Origin: an uncultured Chloroflexia bacterium
GTDB lineage: Bacteria > Chloroflexota > Limnocylindria > Limnocylindrales > CSP1-4
Assembly (NCBI GenBank): GCA_963813305.1
Contig: CAWEYP010000019.1
Location: 130,727 to 194,726 of the forward strand
DNA: 64,000 nt
Direction: 5' to 3'
Each line of letters begins with the position of its first letter. Position 1 is the first letter of the stretch. A program made the position numbers and the translations under genes. Below the pieces are notes generated by a model. The model searched no databases, was not told the origin of the DNA, and was given only the letters and a program-made list of their open reading frames with translations. Positions 11,329-20,732 of this stretch are shown piece after piece.

Positions 11329-12432
11329 TCATAGATCGGTCAGCACTTCCCTGTAGACCATGGCCGTTTCGCGTGCCACCCTGGCCCAGCTCAGGCTGCT
11401 CACGCGATGCTTGCCCAGCGCGATCAGCTCCGCTCGTTGGTTCATCGCAGCCTCAACTCCCGCCGCGATCTCCGGGACCGAGAGCGGGTTCACCAGCACG
11501 GCCGCGCCGGCCGCCGCCTCCGGCAGGGACGATCGGCAGCTCGTGATCACCGGAACGCCCGCCGCCATCGCCTCGAGGACCGGAAGGCCGTACCCCTCGT
11601 ACAGGGAGACGTACGCGAACGCAGTTGCACCGTCCAGGAGCGCCTGCCGGTCGTGGTCTGACACATACCCCGGGAGGATGATCCGTTCGCGATATGGGCT
11701 GGCCTCGATGGCTCGCTCGATCGATTGCCACTTCCAGCCGCGTGCGCCAAGCAACAGGAGCCGGAGATCGGAACGGGCTTCAGCAAGGAGCTCGAAGGCG
11801 TGGATCAGCCTCACGAGGTTCTTGCGGGGTTCCAGGGTCGCGATCGACAGGACGTACGGCAGCTCCGCGAGGCGCAGCCGTTGCAGCACCGCCTGGCGAT
11901 CCGCGGCGGTCACCTCCGGCCCCGGAACGGGGGCAAGCTCGATCACATGGATCCGGCGCGGATCGACTCGCATGAGTCGCCGCAGCTCCACGGCGGTGGC
12001 CGTGGAAGGGACGATGAGGGCACGTGCACGACGAGCGGCCGCAATGATGATCGGGATCGTCGCGAGGCGGGGGAGCGGGTGCGAGCGAGCGTGCCTGATC
12101 AGGGATAGGTCCTGGACCGTCAGCACGAACGGGGTACGCGCGATCAGTGGCGCGCTGGCATTCGAGTAGTGCACGAGATCCGCGCCCACTCGCCGCGCGT
12201 CGCGGTCGGCCTCCCGCTGCAGCCATGCCTGGTAGAGCCTTCCGGACATGAAGGTCCGGTCGACGGCGCGGGACGCCGCGGTGGCGAGCGGCCCGTCGGG
12301 ACGAACGCCGATCAGCGCCGTCGCCTCGTACGACCCGTCGATCAGGGCCACTCCGAGCTCCCGGACGTAGACGCCCACACCGGTGGGCCGGACCTTGGCG
12401 GGACCCGCATCGAAGGCAACGGTAGTGGTCAT
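11329..12432 (-). CDS. Glycosyltransferase family 4 (group 1)
   Basis: FDAG...TGVGVY, TVQDL, TLEPRKNL and YEGYGLPVLEAMAAGVPV. ATG at 12432 overlaps the wzx stop. Confidence 0.9.
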   Translation of the reverse strand: MTTTVAFDAGPAKVRPTGVGVYVRELGVALIDGSYEATALIGVRPDGPLATAASRAVDRTFMSGRLYQAWLQREADRDARRVGADLVHYSNASAPLIARTPFVLTVQDLSLIRHARSHPLPRLATIPIIIAAARRARALIVPSTATAVELRRLMRVDPRRIHVIELAPVPGPEVTAADRQAVLQRLRLAELPYVLSIATLEPRKNLVRLIHAFELLAEARSDLRLLLLGARGWKWQSIERAIEASPYRERIILPGYVSDHDRQALLDGATAFAYVSLYEGYGLPVLEAMAAGVPVITSCRSSLPEAAAGAAVLVNPLSVPEIAAGVEAAMNQRAELIALGKHRVSSLSWARVARETAMVYREVLTDL

Positions 12433-13655
12433 GCCGTCATTCGCCACCGACCGCGCAGGGCGAGGAAGAAGGTGCCGAACAGGACGATCTCGATCCCGAC
12501 CGAGCACGCCGCGACGCCTTCGACGCCTGCAACCTGCAGTGCGAGCGGTTGCGCGACGACCGCAACCAGGAGGAGGACGATGCTCGTCCAGAAGGCGACG
12601 ATCGCCTGGCCTCGCGCCGCGAGCGCCTGGTTCATGAGGTAGCTCGGAAAGCCGAACATCGGGATCAGGGCGAGGATCCGGAGAATCGAAGCGGCGCCGG
12701 AATATGCGGGACCGAAGACGACCGTCATGAGCGTGGACGCCGTCACGAACAGGACGAGCGTGACCGCCAGGCCCGAACTGAACGCCACGAGCAGCCAGGA
12801 ACGCAGCGTCGACGTACCTGCCCGGCCGCCTGTCGTCGCCGAGGAGAACGCCGGGTAGAAGACGTTCGCGAGGGCTGCCGGGATCAGGTACGTCGGATCC
12901 AGCAGCCGGGCGGCCGCAGCGTACAGTCCGACCTGCGGGCCGGGCACCATCACCTGCAGGATCACGAGCGCGACGCGCGAGTAGAGCATGGCCGCCACGA
13001 CGGAGCCCCCGATCGGCCAGCTCCTCGCGAGGAGCTGGCGCGCCCGAGCGAGGCTCGGGCCACCGAACGGGACGAGGCGACTCAGGACCACCAGAGCGAA
13101 TGCCGCGGAGGCCGCACTGCCAAGAAGCCATGCGCCACCAATTGCCGCCGCGCCGAGACCAGCCAGCGCGACCGGCACGACGACGATGGCAACAGCCAGC
13201 CTCGGCACGATCGCGACGACCCAGTCATAGCGGAAGTGCCCGCCAGCGCGAAGCAGCCAGCCCGCGAACTGAACGATCGAGTCGAGGGCAAGGGCGAGCG
13301 CCACCATCGCGGCGCCGATGACCGGCCCGGTGCCGCCACCGAGCGCCACGACGCCCGCGAGCCCGAGGGCCACGAGCCCGAGGAGCCCGAGCTTCACGAG
13401 GAGAGCCGACGCGATCCGGCCGGGCAAGCCCTCCTCGGCCCTGGCTGCGTCGGCGGCCACGATGAGGCTCAGGCCGAGATCGCTCACCTGACCGAGCACG
13501 AGCCCTACCGCGAAGCCGACCATGAGCAGGCCGAACTGCTCGGGGGGGAGCGTACGGGCGACGACCACGACCACGACGAACTGCGTGGCACGCCCGGCGA
13601 TCTCCGCGCTGAGTCGGAGCCCAACCCGCCCGGCGGCGAGACCTTTCGCGCTCAC
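12429..13655 (-). CDS. wzx: Wzx-type oligosaccharide flippase
   Basis: 408 aa, about 12 TM, with ARTLPPEQFG, SDLGL, LYSRVALVIL and VGLYAAAARL. Confidence 0.82.
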   Translation of the reverse strand: MSAKGLAAGRVGLRLSAEIAGRATQFVVVVVVARTLPPEQFGLLMVGFAVGLVLGQVSDLGLSLIVAADAARAEEGLPGRIASALLVKLGLLGLVALGLAGVVALGGGTGPVIGAAMVALALALDSIVQFAGWLLRAGGHFRYDWVVAIVPRLAVAIVVVPVALAGLGAAAIGGAWLLGSAASAAFALVVLSRLVPFGGPSLARARQLLARSWPIGGSVVAAMLYSRVALVILQVMVPGPQVGLYAAAARLLDPTYLIPAALANVFYPAFSSATTGGRAGTSTLRSWLLVAFSSGLAVTLVLFVTASTLMTVVFGPAYSGAASILRILALIPMFGFPSYLMNQALAARGQAIVAFWTSIVLLLVAVVAQPLALQVAGVEGVAACSVGIEIVLFGTFFLALRGRWRMTA

Positions 13656-15376
13656 CGGCGGGCCGAGGGGATGAAAGCAGCAGCGAACAGCAGGTACATC
13701 GCGGTCGAGAAGGTCAGGAATGAGTCGAACATGCCGTGCGCCAGCAACGACGCCAGGAGTATCACGGCGATGATGCTTCCACCGCGTCCGAGCGTGGCTG
13801 CCGACCGAAGGTGGCGCGCGCCGACGACGCCAAGCCAGATGAAGAAGGCCAAGCCGGTGACAAGGCCCACCCCGGTCAGCACCTCGAGGTAGAGATTGGT
13901 GGCGTTGAAGTCCTGATCCCAGGCCGTGAGGCCGATGCGTTCGCCATAGCCAATCCGGAAGTTGTCAGGTCCGATCCCGATGAGCGGTCGCTCTGCCAGG
14001 TAGCCGACAGCGATACGCCAAAGGTCGCTCCGCGTGAGCGCGCGGCTGCGCGCAATGTCCCGCTCCTGTTGACCGTGAGGTGGGCCCGTCGTCCCGCCAG
14101 GTGCGTCGGGTCTCGCGACCCGGAAACCCACCGTGGATGTCGACGGAGATGCCTCGCTCGCGGACAGGTCACGGAACCAGCCCGAGCCCTCCAGCACGAG
14201 GTCCCATTCGACCAGGTACGTGCCCGCCACCGCTGGCGCGTCAATCTTCGCGTCGACGGTCAATGTGGATCCCGGCGCCAAGTCGGCGGGCAGCTCGGTC
14301 CGCCGACCGTCGTACGTCACGAGCCGGCCCTGTTCGTCGTACAGGTGGTAGGAGAGCCTGGGGTTGCCCTCACTCCCGGCATGCCACGTCAAGGGCCCGT
14401 CGTTGCGAACCGGGACCGGCACGGTGGTGCTGGTGCCCGAAACCTCAACGCGCTCCGGGGCCAGGATCGTGACCCGATACCACTCGAGGACCGTCTCGGC
14501 ACCCAGCCGCGCTGCCACAACTGGCGACAGGAGCGCGGCGACGAGGACGATGCAAGGGAGAGCGAGGAGGATGAGCACGGCATACGGAGGCCGGCGGCGA
14601 ATCTCGGGGACTGCAACAACGGCAACGAAGGCTGCCACCTCCGTGGCCACCAGGGCCCCGCGGCTCAGTGCCAGGGTGGTCGCGACGAGGAGGACGGCCG
14701 CCGACAGGGCCGCCAGAAGCCGGACGCGACCGGACGACCGGGCCACAAGCGCCAGCGCCAGGATCCCGCAGACCCCCCAGTACCAGCCCGCCAGGTTCGG
14801 GTGAAGCAGAGGGCCGGTCGCCCGGAAGGTGAGGCCACCGATGGAGACGGGCGCCGAGCGAAACAGGTCGAAGCCCGGGCCGAGCGTTGCCCAACCATCG
14901 ACGAATTCGATGATCCCGAGCACGGCCGAAACCACCGCAGCGGTCAGGCCGACGCCGACGATCCACGGCCTGGCCTGGGGGATCCTCCACTCGGCGGCGA
15001 GGGCGGCCCCTACGAGCGCTGCTCCCAGGAGCCTGAGAGAGACCTTGACCGACAGCTGCGGGTCGTACAGCGCAAGAAGCGAGGTCATCAGTAGGCCGCC
15101 GACCAGGAGGATGCCGGCCGCCACGCCTAGCCGCGAAGGACGACTCACGGCGAGGTCGCCACGAATGAGGGACGCCAGCCACAAGATGATGAGCACGTAG
15201 CCGGTGAGCTCGAGATTCGTGACCCCGACCGGTCCGATCGCTATGAGCGGGTAGCGGACCTCGAACGCGATCTGCGCGACGAACGCGCATGCGACCCCGA
15301 GCCTCAGAGCCCCCAGCGTCGATCCGCCGGCGATCGATCGACGAGCCGGGGTGACTCGACTAGAGTTCGCAGGCAT
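13652..15376 (-). CDS. O-antigen ligase (WaaL/Wzy_C)-like protein with an inserted Ig-like domain; start uncertain
   Basis: RATGPLLHPNLAG, LSRGAL and R..LWRIA...ERPLIGIGPDNF. Inserted beta domain VRNDG..TW...RLSYH...LPADLAPG...PAVAGTYLVEWDLVLEG..WF. Confidence 0.75.
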   Translation of the reverse strand: MPANSSRVTPARRSIAGGSTLGALRLGVACAFVAQIAFEVRYPLIAIGPVGVTNLELTGYVLIILWLASLIRGDLAVSRPSRLGVAAGILLVGGLLMTSLLALYDPQLSVKVSLRLLGAALVGAALAAEWRIPQARPWIVGVGLTAAVVSAVLGIIEFVDGWATLGPGFDLFRSAPVSIGGLTFRATGPLLHPNLAGWYWGVCGILALALVARSSGRVRLLAALSAAVLLVATTLALSRGALVATEVAAFVAVVAVPEIRRRPPYAVLILLALPCIVLVAALLSPVVAARLGAETVLEWYRVTILAPERVEVSGTSTTVPVPVRNDGPLTWHAGSEGNPRLSYHLYDEQGRLVTYDGRRTELPADLAPGSTLTVDAKIDAPAVAGTYLVEWDLVLEGSGWFRDLSASEASPSTSTVGFRVARPDAPGGTTGPPHGQQERDIARSRALTRSDLWRIAVGYLAERPLIGIGPDNFRIGYGERIGLTAWDQDFNATNLYLEVLTGVGLVTGLAFFIWLGVVGARHLRSAATLGRGGSIIAVILLASLLAHGMFDSFLTFSTAMYLLFAAAFIPSARR

Positions 15377-15419
15377 GGCTGCCAATGGTACGGGACGCGA
15401 CGTCGACTCCGATCGAGCG

Positions 15420-16529
15420 GTGATCATCGACGCCACTCCACTTCAGAACGAGCACCGACGTCGAGGCATCGGACGCTACGTGGCGTCAATCGTCGATGCC
15501 CTTGTGGCGGCGCAGGTGTCGGGCTGGGGCCTGCTGGCCTACCCTAGCCCCCGGCTGGGGACCTCGACCTTTCGGATCGCCACGCCGACTCCCCGACGCC
15601 TGGAGTTCCATGGCGGATGGCTCGCCAACGAGATCGTCATTCCGATTGTCCTCCGTAGGGGGCGCGCGCGCTCATTCCACGCGACAGATCCGCGAGCGGT
15701 CCCGGATCCTCGTCTCGTTCGTGAGATCGTCACGGTGTACGACCTCACGCCGTTGCGCGATCCCACGGTGAGGCGGGCGATGTGGCCGGACCAGCGACTC
15801 GGCTTCCGGAGGATGCTCGCCAACGTGCGTCGCGCTCCCGTGATCGTGGCCATCTCGTCGACCGTGAGGGCCGACCTGATCGAGCACCTTGGCATCGATC
15901 CGAGCCGGATCCACGTGGTCTACCCGGCCGTCGACGTGGACCGCTGGTCCGCTGGTGAAGCCCTTGTGCACCGCTCAGGCCTCCTCTTCGTCGGCGCCCC
16001 GGACCCGCACAAGAACTTCGACTTTGTGCTCCGGGCCCTGGCGCTCATCCGGTCCGCCGGCCGCCCGGCGCTCACCGTCGTGGGACCTTGGGATGCGGCA
16101 TCGATCGGACGCGCCGCTGCGGTGGCGGAGTCGCTCGGCCTGCCCACTCCACGATTCGAGCCCATGATCGCAGACGCGCGCCTCGCCGAGCTGTATCGAG
16201 CCTCGGCGGCGCTCGTCATGCCGTCGCGTCGCGAGGGCTTCGGGCTTCCGGTCGTGGAGGCGATGGCGGCCGGGTGCGCGGTGATCGCGGCCGACATCCC
16301 GTCGCTTGCCGAGGTGGCCGGCTCCGCCGGCCTCCTCTTGCCCTTGGATGCCAGCCGATGGGCGGAGGCCATTTCGTCGGTGACAGGGGACGAAGTCACC
16401 TGCAGCAACCTGGCGCAGGCGGGGCGCCAGCGCGCATCGGAGTTCTCGCCGGCGAGGACCGTCGAGCAACTTCGCTCGGCGTACCGGGCACTGGGCGTCG
16501 ACCTGAAGTCCCGACGGGATGCGGCGTGA
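15420..16529 (+). CDS. Glycosyltransferase family 4 (alternative start 15375)
   Basis: IDATPLQ...RGIGRYV, TVYDLTP, PHKNF and EGFGLPVVEAMAAGC. Confidence 0.88.
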   Translation: MIIDATPLQNEHRRRGIGRYVASIVDALVAAQVSGWGLLAYPSPRLGTSTFRIATPTPRRLEFHGGWLANEIVIPIVLRRGRARSFHATDPRAVPDPRLVREIVTVYDLTPLRDPTVRRAMWPDQRLGFRRMLANVRRAPVIVAISSTVRADLIEHLGIDPSRIHVVYPAVDVDRWSAGEALVHRSGLLFVGAPDPHKNFDFVLRALALIRSAGRPALTVVGPWDAASIGRAAAVAESLGLPTPRFEPMIADARLAELYRASAALVMPSRREGFGLPVVEAMAAGCAVIAADIPSLAEVAGSAGLLLPLDASRWAEAISSVTGDEVTCSNLAQAGRQRASEFSPARTVEQLRSAYRALGVDLKSRRDAA

Positions 16530-17692
16530 CCGGTGCAGAATCCACGCTTCCGAAGTCGCGCACCCTGGAGAAGCAGCCGGTCGGTCGGCGTGTCGCGATC
16601 GTCCACGACTTCATGGTGACGGAGGGTGGGGCCGAGCGCTGCGCCCTCGAGTTCGCGGAGCTGTTGCCGTCGGCCATGCTGCACACGACGTTCTTCGACG
16701 CGGGGCGCTTCGGAGATCGCATCGATCCGGCGCGAGTCCACCCGTGGCCGCTCAACCGGGTTCTCGGCCCGACGAGCAGGTTCCGCTCCCTGCTCCCCCT
16801 CTACCCGGCCTACTTCACCAGCCTGGACCTGCGGGGGGCCGATCTCGTGCTCAGCAGCTCGATCGCGTTCTCGAAGGCCGTCCGCACGAGGCCGGATGCC
16901 CTGCACGTCAGCTATGTCTACACGCCCCTGCGATACGCCTGGGACCTCGACACGTATCTCGACGGCTCCAGCTACGGCGCTGCCGCCCGGGTCGGGGCAC
17001 GCTTCCTGCGGCCGCCGCTCCAGCGCTGGGACCGGTGGACCTCCGCGCGGCCCGACGTCGTCGTCGCGATCTCCCGGACCGTGCAGGAGCGCATCCAGCG
17101 CCTCTGGGGCCGCGACAGCGAGGTGATCTACCCGCCTGTGAACGTCGGCGAGGTGGAGCGATCCGGACGTGACGAGGGATACTTGCTGGTTGCCTCGAGG
17201 ATGCTGGCCTACCGGAGGCTCGACCTGGTCGTGGGCGCATGCCGGAGGCTCGGCCGGCGCCTCGTCCTCGTCGGCGACGGGCCCGAGCGCGCGCGGCTGG
17301 AAGCCCTTGCCGGCCCCGAGGCGACGTTCCTGGGCCACGTGGGCAGGGCCAAGCTTCTCGAGATGTTCGCCGCCTGTTCCGCGTACGTGGTCCCTGGCGT
17401 CGAGGACTTCGGGATCGCCCCGGTCGAGGCGATGGCGGCCGGGAAGCCGGTGATCGCCTTCCGGGCCGGCGGCGCCACCGAGACCGTGGTCGAGGGCGTC
17501 ACCGGTGTCTTCTTCGATGAGGCGACCGTGGAATCGCTCGCCTCGGCCATCGAGCGTGCCGGGCGCGTCTCCTTCGATGCACCGGCAATTCGTCGACACG
17601 CCGAGCGGTTCGACCGCGGCGTGTTCCTGACCGCGTGGCGCGATCTGTTCAAGCGTCTCGGCGTGGACCCGTCGCTATACTCTGCCGGGTGA
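16526..17692 (+). CDS. GT4 glycosyltransferase, WbaZ-like
   Basis: VAIVHDFMVTEGGAERC, DLVLSSSIAFSK, YVYTPLRYAWD and EDFGIAPVEAMAAGKPVIA. Confidence 0.9.
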   Translation: MTGAESTLPKSRTLEKQPVGRRVAIVHDFMVTEGGAERCALEFAELLPSAMLHTTFFDAGRFGDRIDPARVHPWPLNRVLGPTSRFRSLLPLYPAYFTSLDLRGADLVLSSSIAFSKAVRTRPDALHVSYVYTPLRYAWDLDTYLDGSSYGAAARVGARFLRPPLQRWDRWTSARPDVVVAISRTVQERIQRLWGRDSEVIYPPVNVGEVERSGRDEGYLLVASRMLAYRRLDLVVGACRRLGRRLVLVGDGPERARLEALAGPEATFLGHVGRAKLLEMFAACSAYVVPGVEDFGIAPVEAMAAGKPVIAFRAGGATETVVEGVTGVFFDEATVESLASAIERAGRVSFDAPAIRRHAERFDRGVFLTAWRDLFKRLGVDPSLYSAG

Positions 17693-18675
17693 AGACCGCG
17701 CTCATCACGGGGATCACCGGCCAGGACGGGTCCTACCTCGCCGAGTTCCTGCTGGAGAAGGGCTACCGCGTCGTGGGGGTGACGCGGCGGTCGAGCACGG
17801 CGTCGGACGAGCGGATCGCCCACATCCGCGACCGGATCGAGATCGTGCAGGGCGATCTTCTCGACCAGGCCTCGCTTGTCGAAGCCCTGCGCAGCGTCGA
17901 GCCGAACGAGGTCTACAACCTGGCCGCGCAGAGCTTCGTGCCGACGTCCTGGAACCAGCCCGTCCTGACGGGCGAGTTCACCGCCCTGGGCGTGACCCGG
18001 ATGCTCGAGGCCATCCGCCAGGTGGATCGGGCACATCCGGTTCTACCAGGCGTCGTCGTCGCGAGATGTTCGGCAAGGTGCGCGAGGTGCCCGCAGACCG
18101 AGGCCACGCCGTTCCACCCGCGGAGCCCGTACGGCGTCGCCAAGGCGTACGGCCACTTCCTGACGGTCAACTACCGCGAGACCTACGACCTCTTCGCCGT
18201 CTCCGGGATCCTCTTCAACCACGAGTCGCCGCGGCGCGGGCTCGAGTTCGTGACCCGCAAGGTGACCGACGGCGCCGCCAGGATCAGCCTGGGTCTCGCC
18301 AGCGAGCTGCGCATGGGCAACCTGGACGCTCGGCGCGACTGGGGCTACGCCGGCGACTACGTGCGCGCGATGTGGCTGATGCTCCAGCAGGACGAGCCGT
18401 CCGACTTCGTCGTGGCCACCGGAATCGACCACTCGGTGCGCGACCTGTGCCGGGTGGCGTTCGAGCGCGTCGGGCTCGACTACGAGCGCCACGTCGTCGT
18501 GGACCCCGCGTTCTACCGACCGGCCGAGGTCGACCACCTCCTCGGCGACGCCGGACGCGCCCGCAGCGTGCTCAGCTGGGCTCCAGATGTCGGCTTCCGG
18601 GAGCTCGTCGAGATGATGGTCGACGCCGACGTGGCACGCGTCCGCGCGGGGATCTCGGCGCCGGTCGCCGGCTGA
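17689..18675 (+). CDS. gmd: GDP-mannose 4,6-dehydratase (three +1 indels at about 18030-18095 that restore frame)
   Basis: ALITGITGQDGSYLAE, YNLAAQSFV, SPYGVAK, GILFNHESPRRG and RDWGYAGDYV. Confidence 0.95.
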   Translation: MKTALITGITGQDGSYLAEFLLEKGYRVVGVTRRSSTASDERIAHIRDRIEIVQGDLLDQASLVEALRSVEPNEVYNLAAQSFVPTSWNQPVLTGEFTALGVTRMLEAIRQVDRAHPVLPGVVVARCSARCARCPQTEATPFHPRSPYGVAKAYGHFLTVNYRETYDLFAVSGILFNHESPRRGLEFVTRKVTDGAARISLGLASELRMGNLDARRDWGYAGDYVRAMWLMLQQDEPSDFVVATGIDHSVRDLCRVAFERVGLDYERHVVVDPAFYRPAEVDHLLGDAGRARSVLSWAPDVGFRELVEMMVDADVARVRAGISAPVAG

Positions 18676-18690
18676 GGACCGGGCGACTCG

Positions 18691-19619
18691 GTGAGGGTCT
18701 TCGTCACCGGCGCCATCGGCTTCGTCGGTGGATGGCTCCGGCGTGAGCTGGCGCAGGCGGGCCACGACGTGGTCATGGCCCCCGGACCCGACGCCCTGGA
18801 CATCGCAGACCGCGAGGCGCTCATCCGGTGGTTCTCCGACGGTCCGGACGCCGTCGTCCACCTCGCCGGGATGGCCTTTGCGCCGGACGCTCGCGGCGAC
18901 CCGGCGGAGGCGTTCCGTGTCAACGTCGGGGGGACGGTCGCGGTCTTCGAGGCGCTTCGCGCACTGGGCCTTCGACCGCCGGCCCTCGTGACCGGCTCGT
19001 CGGAGGTCTACGGTGCACCGCGGGCCCGAGGACCTCCCTCTCCGGGAGGAGGCGCCGCTCGCACCGCGGCAGCCGTACGCCGTGTCCAAGGCGGCCCAGG
19101 AGGGCGTGGCGATCGAGGCGGCCGTGCGCTGGGGCTTCCCGGTGGTCGTGACGCGGTCGTTCAACCACAGCGGACCCGGCCAGCGGCCGGTGTTCGTCCT
19201 GCCGGCCCTGGCGCGGCGCGTCGCCGCCGTCAGGCGGGGCGACTCGCCGTTGCTGATCGCCGGCAACGTCGACGTGCGGCGCGACATCGGGGACGTGCGC
19301 GACGTCGTGCGGGCCTATCGGCTCCTGCTCGAGGGCCTGGCCGAAGGCAGGCTCGGCCCGGCGCCGATCGTCGTGAACGTCGCGACCGGGCGTGCCGAGC
19401 CGATCCGCTCGATGATCGCCCAGCTCTGCGAGCTGGCGGGCGTCTCGCCGGAGCTGCGCATCGATCCTGCGCTCGTCCGAGCCGACGATCCGCCGGAGAT
19501 CAGGGGCGACGCGACGCTGCTCAGGGAGCTCACCGGCTGGCGGCCGGAGATGCCGCTCGCGCAGACCCTCGCGGATGCTCCTCGCCGAGGCGGAGGCAGA
19601 GGCGGCCATTGGTCGGTGA
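18691..19619 (+). CDS. rmd: GDP-4-keto-6-deoxy-D-mannose reductase-like (indels near 19030 and 19577)
   Basis: TGAIGFVG, GSSEVYG, PYAVSK, RSFNHSGPGQ and RRDIGDVRDVVRAY. Directly downstream of gmd. Confidence 0.78.
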
Positions 19620-19626
19620 CCTTGAC

Positions 19627-20385
19627 CTACATCATCGCGAGGCCGCCGTCCACGCCGAGGACCTGGCCCGTGATGTAGGCCGCCTCGTCGGAGACCAGGA
19701 AGGCGACCGCGTTGGCGATCTCGTCGGGCGTGGCGAACCGGCCCAGCGGGGTGGCGGCCTTGATCGCGTCCTTGACGTTGTCCGGCAGCCCCTCGGTCAG
19801 CTCCGTCAGGACGAAGCCCGGGGCGACGGCGTTGACCGTGATCCCGCGCGAGGCGACCTCGCGGGCGAGGGCCTTGGTCAGCCCGATCAGCCCGGCCTTG
19901 GAGGCCGAGTAGTTGGCCTGGCCGGCATTGCCCATCTGGCCCGACACGCTGGACATGTTGACGATCCGCCCGGAGCGCTGCTTGAGCATGGGGCGCAGCA
20001 CGGCGCGGGCCATGTAGAAGGAGCCGGTCAGGTTCACGTTGAGGACGTCGGCCCACGCCTGGTCGCTCATCCGCATCGCCAGGTCGTCGCGCGTGATCCC
20101 CGCGTTGTTGACGAGGATGTCGATCCGGCCGAACTCCTTGAGCGTCTCCTCGACGGTCTCGGCGCAGGAGGCCGGGTCGGTCACGTCGCCGCCGACGCAG
20201 ATGGAGCGCCGGCCCATCGCCTCGACGTCGCCCTTGGTGTGGTCGTCGAGCAGGCACGCCGCGCGGTCGATGAAGGCCACGTTGGCACCCTGGCGGGCGA
20301 GCATGAGCGAGACGGCGCGGCCGATGCCGCGCGAGCCGCCGGTGACGATGGCGACCTTGCCGGTGAGATCGAGCATGCGGGTCAT
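19627..20385 (-). CDS. fabG: 3-oxoacyl-ACP reductase
   Basis: TGGSRGIG, LVNNAGITRD, NYSASKAG and VNAVAPGF. FAS context. Confidence 0.95.
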   Translation of the reverse strand: MTRMLDLTGKVAIVTGGSRGIGRAVSLMLARQGANVAFIDRAACLLDDHTKGDVEAMGRRSICVGGDVTDPASCAETVEETLKEFGRIDILVNNAGITRDDLAMRMSDQAWADVLNVNLTGSFYMARAVLRPMLKQRSGRIVNMSSVSGQMGNAGQANYSASKAGLIGLTKALAREVASRGITVNAVAPGFVLTELTEGLPDNVKDAIKAATPLGRFATPDEIANAVAFLVSDEAAYITGQVLGVDGGLAMM

Positions 20386-20732
20386 CCTTTCGCCTGGCTG
20401 TCGGCCGCCAGGAAGCGTCGGACGGAGTCCACCAGGACCGGGAGATCATCGTCGAGCGTGGAGGCGATGATCTCCACCACGACGGCGGGGTAGTTGTGGG
20501 CCAGGAAGTCGCGCAGCGCCTTGAGGCCGCGCCAGTCCACCTCGGGCATCTCGAGGAGCAGGTCCGGGGACAGGAGCTTCGCCTGTTCGCCGGTCTCCTC
20601 GAGGCGCTTCGCGATCGCGTCGACGGCCATGTCGTCGCCCTGCCAGCCGGGCCCGGCCGCAGCGACGTAGGCCTCGATCTTCGCGCAGTGCTCGAGGATC
20701 GCCTCGAGCGCGCGCCTATGCCGCGGGTCCAT
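20382..20732 (-). CDS. HepT/DUF86 HEPN ribonuclease toxin
   Basis: 116 aa with DAIAKRLEETGE, W.GLKALRDFLAHNY (Rx4H plus Tyr). Follows a nucleotidyltransferase gene. Confidence 0.9.
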   Translation of the reverse strand: MDPRHRRALEAILEHCAKIEAYVAAAGPGWQGDDMAVDAIAKRLEETGEQAKLLSPDLLLEMPEVDWRGLKALRDFLAHNYPAVVVEIIASTLDDDLPVLVDSVRRFLAADSQAKG

